Source: Amphiscolops sp. MND2022 (lineage: Eukaryota). Taken from it: a DNA stretch of 64,000 nucleotides. A program made the position numbers and the translations under genes. Below the pieces are notes generated by a model. It did not search any database. It saw only the letters and a program-made list of their open reading frames with translations, and was not told the origin of the DNA. This document shows positions 38,996 through 52,400 of this stretch, in pieces; the first letter of the stretch is position 1, and every line of letters begins with the position of its first letter. The stretch is taken from assembly GCA_964187785.1 (NCBI GenBank), contig OZ076409.1:70372001-70436000 (forward strand). Reading direction: 5' to 3'.

Positions 38996-40637
38996 TTTAT
39001 TAAAATGGACATCACGACATGCGATAGAACAAGACATGACACAGAGGAAAAGAAAACACTAAGAATTCACGTCCGTATTCGGCATTACGAGATTCCAATG
39101 TTATGGATATAGACTTCCAGCTCGAAACAAAGATTATAGGACTGATTACACGTCGAACAAGAAGTCTTGAACAAAACTCATCAAACTGAAAAATTGAAGA
39201 ATGTATTCGATAGGTTCAATCCGAATTCTCTTCAACCAAATCATGTTCGAAGGAAATGTTGTTTCCACGAATGGAGAAATTTTGATGGAAAGTAGGCAAA
39301 TGTTAGAGCGATATTTCCAAACTGAAGATTATCCATGTTTATAAAACATCTTGCAATTCGGAGCTTTCTGAACCTTGTCAGATATTCACAATATGCCTTT
39401 GATAAGCAGCACGTGTATTGAAGTGGGCTGAAGAGGACATGAAAACAGAAAAGACGATCCTCTAAATAGAGACAACATATCCAGTATACCTTATGTACAC
39501 TAATTTACAGCTTGAGAACATGATTAAATAACAGTTTTAAGAGATAACAACGACAAAAGGACCTTAGCGGGAACTTCAAACATCCGGCGGCGACCAGGGG
39601 CCATAGAACCGAATACGTTTAGGCTGTGAGAATAATCAGTTGTCATCAACAAAAAGCTTCCATAGAGACTCTCTCGAACATGCGGGGTTCAAGGCGTAAT
39701 TAATCATATGATGACGTCATTGCGCATATTGTGACATTTTAAGCATGACAACACGTTAGGTAACTTTTCTGTAAAGGAGTCGACAATGAAACAGTTGACA
39801 GTTGTTCTGTTCCGACAAATACAATTTGGACAGAACAATTTTAGAGCTTTGGAAAAGGCGTTGAACCGTGACAGATCAATTATTCATGATTCAAGGGACG
39901 AAGCAAGAACATTTCAGCTAAATACTGCTGAAGCAGACTGGACGATGTCTGCTGCTATTTCCAGGTTCTACTCAGAAATCAAATTAAAAACTGTTTCAGT
40001 AAGAACACAGAGGTAACTCAACGTACATGTGCCGTCTAGAACTATGCAGTCAATCATTTCCCCATAACAATACAATTTGTTGGTTCCAACGCCAGACAAA
40101 AACTATGGTATTTCACCACGTTTCAGGAACAAAACTAGATCTTGGACCCAAAATGGATATAATTGACAGTGAAATTTAATTTATTTTCTCTTTTACACGG
40201 AAGCGCTTCCCATAGCATCACTTGAATCACTGAAGCGTTCCGCTTACAGGAAACGTTTGAAGGGAAAGCATCAGAAAAGAATCACTGCTAATCAGAAGAC
40301 CTAAACTGACGAGCACAAATTTAAGCTACAAAAAGAAATACCTAACTTATCAAACACCAGTCAATTCTTCAAGATTCTATGTTACTACCAAATATTAAAT
40401 AAAACACTTATCGAAATTTCTGAGGCTCAATTTATCGAATTTTAGGATCAATGGAGGTCATAATACGTACGAAAATTTCAAACTGAAGTCTCCTCCCAAT
40501 CAAAGAACGGCCTTTTATGGCAAAACAGACACCTATCTCGTCTGTCATAGCCTAGTCAGATTGATTTTCAGAGAAAGGTTGCCGATGCAGATCTACATGC
40601 ACAAACATCACAACAAAAGATAAGCTAAGCTGTTTAC

Positions 40638-40763
40638 ACTTTTGAGATCCGGATCTTCCAGTCTGGGTGTTGGTGATGTCTTCGAAGTTGAGAATGAACA
40701 ACACAATCTCATCCTGGTCGTTTTTCACCGGCAGCACCACTACTTGACACAAGAAGCCAGAGT
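40638..40763 (-). CDS. KCNH2: ERG-like gene exon 3 (PAC motif)
   Basis: SGFLCQVVVLPVKNDQDEIVLFILNFEDIT matches the ERG/EAG PAC motif. TTTCAG acceptor, GTAAAC donor, phase 1-1. Confidence 0.92.
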
Positions 40764-42392
40764 CTGAAACATAGCTCTGCATATTAATCACAATTTCAGA
40801 GTTGAAACTGTATTAACGAGGCGAATACAACATTAAAACTAGACAGGGTTATTCAACAAAAATACCTGATGCTTGTTCAATGAATATCTGATAGTTGTCT
40901 GGAGACTTGTTAAACCAAATTTTGTTGATGTTGAAAATTAAATGCAAACTGACACTGCAGAAACTGATTAGTTGAAAAGTTATCACGATATCTAGTCTTT
41001 AGTTTTTGCTACTTTTCCAAGCTGACATTGTGAACAGATTCCGTGATCATTTGAATCTTACATTAAAAATCTGCATCAATTCCATGAGATACATACAAAA
41101 TTATACAGAAAAATGAATGAAAGCACAATTCACGAAACAATTTCACTGGTACAAAAAGATTATTAGATGACCCCGCCCGCGTGAATTCATTAAATAAAAA
41201 ACCACAAGACAATGGTACAATAATCATTAATATTAACTTGAATGCGATTAATATTCATAACAAGGTGGCCAGGCGAACATCTTTTTTGGACACAACTCTC
41301 TAACCATTATTAGCTATCACTTCAACGACGTACGTACTGCTCCTTGCCTGGCAACTTTGAACGTGATCTTAATGAAGCATTCATAGTTTGAAAAATAAGT
41401 GATATTGCAATGTTGTTTTCGATTCTCAGCGAAGGTAGCGAGCAACAGCAATCTGCGAAAATGTCAGACAATATGTGCATTATTCATGATCCCGTTTCAA
41501 GATACAAACGACAAATAGAAAGATGAACAACAGAAGGCTGGGTCAATCATGAAGTTATAGACATCATCTGACAAATACATTTTCAATCAATTACCGCAAT
41601 TCTAAATTGTAAGCTGTCAATCACTAATCACACAGAACACCGCGACCTTGCCCTTTTACGAATATACAATGACAACAATTGGCAGATTAAGTTCGTCGGA
41701 AAACTTACACATGGATCGAAGAAACATTCAAAACCTAAAATGAAGGAGAAACAAAAACTTGAAAAGAAGAAAATTAACTGATATCATAACTTTCCAATGA
41801 GTCGTGATTTTCGTTCACAAAAATTCAACGATGCGGGGCAGAATTTTTGATAAACCTACGAAAAACCATGAAAATAACAATCAGTGAAAAAATAATCTTG
41901 AATAATCAGTGAAAAAAAATTAAACGTTTGGATGCCTTCTGTCAAATTTCGTCGAAGACGTTCAATTTAATAGAACAAGGAAGCGTTTTAATTTTTACTG
42001 GAATGCCGAGAAACAAACTTTATCTTTTCAATCGAAAATGATTTTAAAATGAAGGCTTCTTGTCTAGCAACTTCGTCTTTTAATGTTATCTCAAAATCTA
42101 TTATAAACTTTCAAAGATCTGATTCAACTAAGTCAGGAAAAATAGACGCAACAGTCTAAAGCATGGATCTAAAAACAGCGGCGACCACTTTGAGGAAGGA
42201 AAATCGAGTGCAATTCAAACCAGCTCAAAGTTACTCAAACAAAACTGCTGAATGTTTAATTTTCTAATCAATTAGTTTCACAGTTTCCATTGAAATTGAA
42301 AGAGCTCGAGAAACTGACAAATTTGAAAGCAAAAAAGAAAACCAAGAAAATTTTGACAGCATCATGAATTTGTTGTATTGACTTCAACTAAC

Positions 42393-42623
42393 CGTCTTTC
42401 TTTTTCAGAAGAAGTTCCAGACTTGTTTCTGTTCTACACAGAATGCTGTCCACCAATTGCTTGATGGCCTGAGGATTGGTTTTGTCGCCGTACAAAAAGT
42501 CCACTTTACACGACTTCTGCATGATCTCAGCCCGAGAGTAGCCAGTGAGATCACAAAACCCGTCATTGCAGTAGATTATACCACAGTGGTCTGTTTTTGC
42601 ATTAGCTATCAGGAAATTTCTGT
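42393..42623 (-). CDS. KCNH2: ERG-like gene exon 2 (PAS domain)
   Basis: RNFLIANAKTDHCGIIYCNDGFCDLTGYSRAEIMQKSCKVDFLYG...KKKD. TTTTAG acceptor, GTTAGT donor, 231 nt, phase 1-1. Confidence 0.95.
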
Positions 42624-42665
42624 CTAAAACACATATCAAATGAAGAAAAAATCCCAAAAGAATCA

Positions 42666-43236
42666 TTTTAGTCGGCGTTTTTTTGTCAATTCAATGCGAT
42701 CGGTCCATTTTGTGCACTGCGCACTTTTACCGTAAGCACTTAGTACTTCATTTTTAACGCATCCAAAGCCTGTAAAGTGAAATACAAAACCATTCCAAAG
42801 CAGAAGGGTCCCCTTTCCACTTTTACGGCACTATAAGACTTCCCCCTTTTTTCGGATTCATGACACTTTTTTTTCAAAAATTTTCAATGTCTCTAATGGG
42901 TACTCCCTTTAATTTTTTGATATCAACAAAAGGAATGTTAAAAAATCCCAAAGGGTCCCCCTTTTCACATTTTCGGCAGTATGAGACTGCTCACAATTCT
43001 CATTTTTCGTCTGATATTGGGTTTTCTCAATATATATCCACCACTGTTTTCAATACTATCCGAAATTTTTTCAAGACAGGCGTTTTTCCAATATTATGCG
43101 ACTTTTTTAAAATTTGTTTTCATCGAAGTCCTTTCTGGATTTTCGTTAGAAACCAAAAGTTTTGCGAGCATAGAAGACTCCTTAGGGTTTTAGACATTTT
43201 ATGACTTACTGGAGACATTTTTTGTTCCCGGCTTAT
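42666..43236 (+). mobile_element. HINE-like copy
   Basis: TTTTAGTCGGCG start, GTTCCCGGCTTAT end, family interior. Confidence 0.72.
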
Positions 43237-43569
43237 TTTCTTAATCATATATATCAATACGCTGCCAGCTGCAGAGCCTCCTCAAGGGAGCCTTTATTAA
43301 CAAGTACAGCTTACAGCTAAATAGCACCCCTGGTCATGAGGAATAGCCACGAAGTTTGTTGAACAACCCCAACTGAAACATCCTATGCAATAAAGTGAAT
43401 TTCGTTCTTCAAACTAAGCCTTCATGGGATTCGATACCCGCGACGGATCGGTATATTTCAATATGGCGATTATTTTTGATTTTTTTTGAGGAAAATTACA
43501 GCTACTTCAAAAAAACAAAAGCTCGAAAGAATGTGCAGGCAATCCAAGAATTTGCCAAATGATTTCTGG

Positions 43570-44730
43570 TAGAGGTGCACTGGACAGAAAAATTCCCATC
43601 CCGCCGGACTGATTGAAGCCGGATGCCGGTCGGACTGATTGAAGCCGGATGCCGGCCGGACTGATTGAAGCGGGATACAGGCCGGACCGAACATTATCCT
43701 TGATTATAAGCGATGAAAGACTGTTTTCAGAATCGGGCAATGACTATAACGAAACATAGTGGAAATATGTTTTTCAACATCAAAATGCTGAATTAAAAAA
43801 AAAACTTTGGCCGTTTCAAAATTTTCATCAGAGATATGCGATCATTCGCTAAGATATTTGTATACCAAGATATACCAAGAAACCAGCTTATGGTACAAGA
43901 TATTATCGAAATCTTCAAATACAAAATACAAACACGAGCTCACCAAAATGGAATACATATGTAGTCAATTTCCAATCGATCTTGAGATTCAATTATCACA
44001 AGCTAAATTTGCCCATAAAAACGGTTTTGACTCTGACCAGTGTTCAAGAGCCTTATCAGACTCCGATAGCAAAGTATCGAGGTCACTACAATCCAGCCTC
44101 CGAGGTTTTGCAAGATTTTCAGGTATCGCACCGGGTGAAAAATACTCAAAACGAATCTGTGAACACTATAGAATCGAATTATGGAATCGCCGATTGAGAA
44201 ATATATTGCCAGAATTCCCTCAAATAGAATCGACAGAACCTTTGATACCAAGATCTTTCAGCAAACATGCTACCAAATTGATAATTGAGATGCTCACAAA
44301 CCAATGCAATCTACGAGACTTTCAATACCAATTATCAAGAACATCGTCACCACTCTGTATCTGCAACCACGAGGAGACGTCTACGCATTTTATCTTTTAC
44401 TGCAGTTTTTACAATAACTTGAGAAAGGAGCACATAAAATTTGGGTCATTTGAATAACTAATAAGAAAAAGAAGCCATAGTGATATGATTAACCTGTTGG
44501 ACTTTATCAAAAAATCGTCCCGTTTCTGTAATTTGTGAGAACTAAAACTCACCTGATGCAAAGAAATCATGATCATTTGTAAATTTCATATATTTGTATA
44601 ATCATGGCTTGCAAATAGAGGCATTCTTTCCTAGAATTTATATATATATATAAGATATTTGTCCGGCTCGACGATTCCGTCAAAAGTCCGACCGGATACT
44701 GGAGCGAACTTGATGTCCGGTGCACTTCTA
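43570..44730. mobile_element. hAT-like MITE interrupted by a LINE 3' fragment (~43700-44652, plus)
   Basis: TIR TAGAGGTGCAC/GTGCACTTCTA and imperfect 8-bp TSD (ATTTCTGG/ATTTATAG), with CCGGACTGATTGAAG repeats. The inner ORF 43807-44457 ends in a LINE CCHC motif (SPLCICNHEETSTHFIFYC) followed by (TA)n. Confidence 0.7.
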
Positions 44731-45241
44731 ATTTATAGCCTTTGTAACTCAACTGGTTCAACTTTCACTTACGACATTTCTAATAAGTTCTTCGATCAAG
44801 AAACATCAGAACGATTTTATTACGAAAATACTAAAATTATCAATGATTCTTCCACATTATCTACAACTTGATCCATTCAAGCCAAATGATTTTCAGTAAA
44901 TTAAAGTAGTAAAACAATCATAGAACAAAATTAGTGAAAAAAATTATTGACAATCACAGTACAATTCAGCATCAACTTAAAAATGAAAAACTAATTGTGG
45001 TTCATCATAAGACAGCGAGCACTTCCAACAAAATATTGACTTATAATTTGTAAAAACGTTCGATAGTCTGATACTCAAGTTTGTTTAAATTCGAATGAAA
45101 AATGATTGAAAGTGAGCAAAATTGCAGTTATGAGTATTCAATATGGGAGTTGTATTGACAAGTATACCATTTATCGTAGAAAGAATCAATGAGTCGAATA
45201 ATTACTTTTCACGCGCTAAAAGTGTAAGCAAAGACACTTAC

Positions 45242-45317
45242 TTTGTCCTTCAAATTTTCTGATGATAGTATCAATAAATGTGTTTTGTGAAGCGACGTGG
45301 CCCCTTCGGACAGGCAT
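45242..45317 (-). CDS. KCNH2: ERG/KCNH2-like K+ channel gene, coding exon 1 (PAS-cap)
   Basis: Translates as [25 protein letters not shown] (human [28 protein letters not shown]). 76 nt, phase-1 GTAAGT donor. Too short for the ORF track. Symbol denotes the ERG subfamily, not 1:1 orthology. Confidence 0.95.
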
Positions 45318-45728
45318 CCTATCACTCCTGTATCACTCCATAGACTATCTGAAACATGAAAACACACGGAATGAGGAAAGATTCATGCCTGACAGGAGAA
45401 AAAATCATCCTAATCAACAGTTTCACGAATTTCGACCGCATAAAACTATCCGAAAAATCATTATACGTTTAATTGGGGTATTATATAATGGAATTAAAGC
45501 GTTTCAAATGTTGATAGTAAATATCCAAGACTGAGCAACTCATGATTTAATTTTAATCCACTGTTTTTTATAAAGTATACGGGTAAGAAAGTATTGATAT
45601 AACGTCAAATATGCTTGCATCCCTTGAAAATGAACTATATGTTTCTGAAGTAAGAGAGAGAGAGACGCTTAGTTACTATACCTTAAAAAAAGAAAACTCA
45701 TTTGGTACAGTACAATACAATAATTCAA

Positions 45729-46088
45729 TATAGTCAACTCCGGTTAATTCGTATCCGGATAATTCGGATCTTCGTCTAATTCGTATAAATTTGAGACCCC
45801 TATTTAGTGACGATCAAAGTATAGTCAACTCCGGTTAATTCGTATCCGGATAATTCGGATCTTCGTCTAATTCGTATAAATTTGAGACCCCTATTTAGTG
45901 ACGATCAAAGTATAGTCAACTCCGGTTAATTCGTATCCGGATAATTCGGATCTTCGTTTAATTCGTATGTATCTGAGACCCCCATTTCGCGAGGACCAAA
46001 GTAATATCATCCGGTTAATCCGTATTTCTCACTATTCGTACTATTTTATTCGGTCCCCAGTGATACGAATTAGGCGGATTCTACTGTA
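45729..46088. mobile_element. Tc1/pogo-like MITE with triplicated 91-bp left end
   Basis: TA-flanked TIR TATAGTCAACTCCGGTTAATTCG / CGAATTAGGCGGATTCTACTGTA; units start at 45729, 45820, 45911. Confidence 0.8.
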
Positions 46089-47579
46089 ACAAACAATATT
46101 CAGATGTAGCTCATTGTCTTGCGTCTTGACTATCGGACAGGTCGGAACCCACCGAAGCTACCGATACGTTTTTAGGCAACATAAGGCTGACATCTTTTTG
46201 TGACATCATGAATAATTTGTAATTTCCTAATTATCTAGAATAAAACTTTAAAAAAAACAGGATTCATTCCGTTTTCAAGTGTGCTGAGACAACTGGGAAC
46301 TCTGACTAAATCATTTTTTCTGACTTCCGGTAAGATTCTCATTCAGACAATTCTATAGCACTTCTCCAACGTGACCAATTAGGGCAACTGAGATCGAAAT
46401 CTCTCCAATGACAAGTTTTTACAACAATTTTCCGGGAAAACTGACAACCTGTGCCATGGCAAGTCACTTTACAACCATAATTTTCAATTCCAGGTTTGTG
46501 ACATGCCAGCATCGTAATAACTTCGGAAGTATGCCAAGAAAAACCGCAGCAACCTCGATTTCAATCCAACATCGTCGAAGAACTTGGCGCGTCACGTTCT
46601 CGTGAAAAATACCAAGAGCTTCAGAAAATTTGATTGCGTAACCACGTGTCATCAGTTGTACTTGTCTCGTGTTACGGCGCCCCTGCTACTTTATGCCGCG
46701 AACACAAGTTCTGATGCTAACGTCCAATATCGTCTACGTATATAAAACAGAGAAACAGGATGTCAGTGCCTACGTTGTTATTTTTCTTCAACGGAGTAGT
46801 AAACGTTTAATCCGATTCTCAATTTTTTTCAAGTCAGGTTTGATAGCACGAAATTTTTTCATGGTTTTCGTCACGGAAAAAAAGTTCAAGATTTTGAGAA
46901 TATTTGGTCAGTTTGAAGCTCTAGTCTAAGTTCAGCGGACGAAAGTAGGTAAAATACTTAGTTTCAATTACGAAATTATTAAACATAGAAAACAGAGTAT
47001 GATTGATTGCAAACAAGAAGATGTTTCTGGCCGCCATTCTGATCTGAAGAGCCATTGAGATCCGCTGCTTCAACAAGCTGCCACATCGTTGATCGTCGCG
47101 CGAACGACGAGCATTTTACAGAGACGCGTAAAAGACGCATAAAATATAGAAGACATTGACTCATTGAATCTAGACCCTGAAGACTGCAATACTATTGTCG
47201 ACTAGATCTCACATACAACGAAGTTAAAAGGAATCGTATAGCTCTCATCATTAAATCCTAACCTAACTTTATCCAACTCTCAATGCTCTTTTTGTACTAT
47301 TTATACGTTGAACAACCTCCCGCAAATTGAGGATATTAGAAAATATTTATATAAAGAGACGCGTGAAGAAAATTTCACTTCTCTCGTCTAAAGAACCCTG
47401 TACTTCATTGCAACCGGTTGGTAATTTAATTGACTTTAATTCGCGATACTTCTAAATCTTACGCGCTTCAGCCTCGCTAGCGGTGGTTCATGGGAGCTGG
47501 ACTTTGCGACAGTGAGGGCGAGCGTGCATACACAGAATATGCCCCACATTATGATAGTCAATCGACTTCAGGCAAACAA

Positions 47580-49001
47580 AGAACGTTTTCGACCCGTTCG
47601 ATCAAATTCGACCGATCAAAGAAGGCTTCGATCAATTTCGCCCGCATTCCTTTCGATCCCTGCAGTTTGATCAAAAGGGTCAGGGACATTTCGTCACCAG
47701 CCATTTGGGCGACAATATGGCGTCGGTCACATGGACGACAAAAGTGTCGACCAAATGGGTTGATGAATTGATCAATTAACTGATATATTTGAAGAGGTTA
47801 GCATATTTGTTGTATGGCTCGGTCGTTTCGCTCCCTTCACCAAGTAGAACATTGAGGCATGGTCATATGGCACGTCGCTCCGGTTCGCTTCGCTCCCGCT
47901 TTTAGGGCGGTGGGCGGAAGTAGGTCGAAGGAACGGGATCGAAAATCAGAGTTAGTCCTCAGGTCGACATACCAAATTTTTTGAATGGGATCGAAACAAC
48001 TCGGATCGAAATTTTTATAACGTAGTCAGATATGTTCACATACCCCTAGTGCCCTGAATGCAGGAGCGAAGCGAAGCGGAGCGACGTGCCATATTGCCAT
48101 GCCTCAATGTTGCTACTTGGCGAAGGGAGCGAAGCGACCGAGCCATACAACAAATACGATAAAATTCGACCGCATTCCATTCGATCCCTGTAATTCGATC
48201 AAAAGGTTCGACCTCAGTCCTTTCGACCAGAAAAATTCGACCTATTTACAGCCACCCCTTTTAGGGCACTAGAGGTATGTGAACATATTTCGCTATTTAG
48301 TTTACGGGACATTTGGGCGACATTATTGTCGCCGAAACGGGCTGAAATTTTTGTCGCCCAAATGGCTGGTCACGAAACGTCCCTGCCCCGATCAAAAGGA
48401 TGCAGGTCATTTCGCCTAATGCCATTTCGCCTAAAAATTTAGTTGAGTCATTTCGCCTAAGAAAATTAGGCGAAATGACCAAACGGGAATAACGTCTAAG
48501 TAATCATGTTTCGAAAAAGGCTTTCTGAAAGCGAAAATATCAAAATGTGGGGCATATGCGGTGTATGCACACTCGCCCTCACCGTCGCAAAGACCAGCTC
48601 CCACTACGATCGCTTCGCGATCTCCGTTCCCGCTAGGTCTTTGCTCCTGTTCGACCTCGCTTAGCAAGATGGAACATAAGCGGCCCCAAGGGGCCGCGGG
48701 GCACTAGAAGGAATGGGACATATCCGAGGCACGTTTTCTATTTTATATCACTTTTCAGTTTTAGATCTTAAACGATTTATTTGTTTTCCAATTTCATGTG
48801 TTTTTCACGTTTCTGAAAAAAAATTAGGCGAAGTGACCAAAGTAAAAGACGTTTCGCCTAAAAAAATTAGGCGAAGTGACCAAACACGTTAGGCGAAATG
48901 ACTTTAGGCGAAATGGCATTAGGCGAAATGACCATTTCCCGATCAAAAGGTTCGACCTCTGTCCTTTCGATCAGAAAAATTCGACCTATTTACAGCCACC
49001 C
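47580..49001. mobile_element. Nest of four Mutator-like MITEs
   Basis: The outer TTCGACC-family element is split at GATCAAAA by elements 47677-48389 and 48398-48940. A further TTCGACC copy, 47909-48257, has TSD CTTTTAGGGC. Confidence 0.8.
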
Positions 49002-49438
49002 GTGCACGGGTTGCATAAGGAGTCTTGATTCAGGCGACTTGGTACAAGAGCATCCACTACCGTGATATCTCACACCAGATGTTTAGAATTAGGTCCAGCT
49101 TGAAGACTACCAGTTTGAAGAATTCTACGAACTGGTCCTAGACAGTCCAGTTTGTAGAAATTTTTTCAACAAACTGGATTATTAAGTTCTACAAACTGGA
49201 TATCCTTCACACAAGATCCAAAGAGGGGTGTATTTCAAATGTTTTCTCGGGCATGATACGTCGATTTAACGAATTGAAAGTGATTCAAAGTCAATTTTCA
49301 AGATTGTGTTTTCTTTGGGCTGAGGGTATTCTATCAGACAACAGAACACATGTGAGGCCAACTCAACGCCCCTTTTACTGCCTACGCCTACTTGCCGAGA
49401 CCGTATCTTGCTCGACGTGATTCAAAGACCAGGTATTC

Positions 49439-52400
49439 TGTGGGATTCGATATATAGAAACGTTTTGTATAGTCAAGAAAATGTTTGTTTCAGAAAGTTG
49501 AAATAAAGTTTTAACCCCTATCGTTTTAATCACGACTATTTTCAACTATCTATTTTATCAGTTTCCCGAGTGTCATGTCAAACTTTTTGCTGCAGTTCAG
49601 TAGATATTTGAGCGTTGCAAAGGTAGAAGAAGCCAACAAACTAGACCTGTTTTTGGTCGGCGCATTTTAGTAGAAAATGTGCCCGACAATTACAGTGGGT
49701 AGTTTTTTTTAGACACGAAAGGTCCACTTTTTGTTCATTTGTTCAACAACCTCCACAACTTCAAACCTCAACAACTCCAACCTCAGAAGCGTCCAAAACG
49801 AAAAGAAAAAACAAAACAGACGTCCACAACCTCGAAATCACACTAAGAATCCCCATTTTTTTCGGAACTATGCGACTTTTTGAAACTTTCTGGATTGAAA
49901 TTTTTCCCCAAAGGGTCCCCCCTTCAATTTTTTTGATGTCTTGCAATACAATGGATGTCAAAAAAATTGCAAAGGGTCCCCCTTTTACATTTTTCGGCAC
50001 TGTGACACCGTTCAAAAATCTCATTAAAAAAATTTTTCGGAAGTTTTTTTCATGTCTCCAAAGGGTCCCCCCTTCATTTTTTTAAAATTTTTTTTGCAAA
50101 CAGCTGGAGTTTCACAAAGCCCGAAGGGTCCCCCTTTTAAATTTTGAGCCTTAGATATGGCGCCGACTTTGGCCGTTCCCGGCTTGTTACTTTGTTGCGG
50201 CGAAAAGATATAAGCTTATTACAACGAATTAACATGGGAGCCCTTAACACAAGCAGAAAAAGACGCGGGAGAAACAGATTTCAAACGAGCAGTTACCTTT
50301 GCCAAAACCAAGCTCTCCGGCGGGAAGAATGTCTTAGCTGAACGAGTAAAATTATACTTACACAAACAAAAGAATAACCAGTCAATCAACCATTTTGTTA
50401 GTGAACTGCGTTCAATAGCCAAGTTTTGTGAGTTTCCAACAGCTTTTTCAGACCAAGCAATCAGAGATGCATTTTGTCAAAGTTTGAAATCTGAAAGCGT
50501 CAGGAAAGGAGTATATCGAGCGTTTGCGACTAATCAGAAAAGTAAGAAAGAATTATCTCTCTCTGATGCTATATCAGCTGCTGAAATCGAAGAATCAACA
50601 ATAGAGACCATGTCTTCAATCGACAGCGCAGGATCAGAGCACACACCCATCACTGAATGAAGTAAACACTTCAACAATTACTAGCACTGAGTTAGTCCCC
50701 GCAAGTACACTCACCAAAAACATTGGGAAAGGAATATGTTACCGGTGTGGCTCAACAACCATTCATGGAAGAAGTGAGTGTCCCGCAAGTGGAAAAACAT
50801 GCCTTAACTGCGGAATCGATGGACATTTCAGATCAGTTTGCCAGAGAAAAAACAAAAAGTGTCCAGTTTGCGAAACCCTGTAATTGCCGCTGCTAGCACT
50901 TGTGGCAATAGGAAATGCGTAGACTTGAAAATAAATGGAAAAATTGTATCGTGGTTAATCGATTCGGGTAGTGACTTATCAATAATAGATTTATCACTGG
51001 CCAAGTCTCTAGGCGCCAAGCCTTACAACATCACAACACAGAAACCTAGCGCAATCAACAATTCCATTTTTGAGTTAAACAAAAAATGCTATTTGACTTT
51101 GCAACTGAGTTCTGGGGAGCTCCATATTTCTGTAAAAATTTATCCGACCAAGCGTTGCTGGGAACAAATGATTTATCTAATTTCAAATCAGTAGAAATAA
51201 CGTACGATGGATCACTTCCAACACTCAATGTTTCATCATCGGCATCTCAAATCGTCAACGAGTTTCCAGATGTGTTCGATCAAAGAACACAGATGGAAAT
51301 TACACCGATTCCAATCATAGCAGTTTCGCCTGATGCAGCACCTATTCGCACAAAACCAAGACCAAGGACATTAGCTGACAAACAATTTATTCGCGAAGAA
51401 GTCAGGAAACTGCTTAATAATGGTGTCATTGTCGAAAGCCAATCACCCTGGCGGTCACAAGTTGTAGCAGATGCCTTGAGCCGCATAAGCTCACTTACAT
51501 CCAATACGGTCGAGCAAGACACGAAAGATATGGCTCTAAAATTACATCGAGAGATGGGTCACCCTGACGCCCACAGACTTTCCAAATTCTTAGCGCCACG
51601 CGTGAACAGTCAAGAAAACCTTCAAAAAATTCCATAAAAAGTCATTAGCGAATGCGAAATATGTGCACAATTAAATCCGCGGTTCGTTAGAGTACCAACA
51701 ATACCATTAATTCAATCAGCAAAACCATGGAGTCGAGTTTCAATCAATTTTGTTGGACCTAAAGCAGTTAGTCACCGGGGATGCAGGAGGATTTTCACAG
51801 TAGTGGACGAATATTCAAGTTACCCGTTTGCGTTTGCTTTGCCTTAGATAACTACAGAAGCTGCTGTTCAGTGCTTGACAAATCTTTTTTTTTGCTGTTT
51901 GGTCCCCCAAGTTACGTTCACAGCGATCGAGGTTCGCAATTTGACAGCAATAAGTTTAGGGCCTTTCTAGACAGTTGGAATATTGGCAAATCGAGGACAA
52001 CGCCTTACCATCCGTCTGGCATTGGGTAAGTAGAACGTTATAACAGCATCATATGGAGGACTGTTTCACTCCGATTAGCTGAAAAAAACTTACCGGCAAA
52101 ATTCTGGGAAGACGAATTGGCATTCGCGTTATCAAACATCCGAGCTCTCCCGTCTCGAGCTATCAACAATTCGACACCACATGCCCTATTTCTTTCATTC
52201 GCTCGAAGGTCCACAATCGACGAGGAACAACAATTAGTATCCACTAAGGTTGAACAATTTAAATTGCCAAACTGGTTGAAAGAAAGAAACCATGCTTATA
52301 TCAAAAACCATCGGAGAACGCATAAAGCTGATCCTTTAGTATATAAAGTTTTAATAAGGAAAATTTTATCATCACACCATGCTGAAGTTTTACTCATAAA

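Noticed and set aside
45729..46000. CRISPR-like appearance of regular repeats (also 27075-27190, 48410-48930)
   Set aside because: No unique spacers and no cas genes; eukaryotic context; explained as MITE tandem or subterminal repeats.
47170..47215. CTGAAGA hammerhead-like core
   Set aside because: No GAAA core or closing stems.
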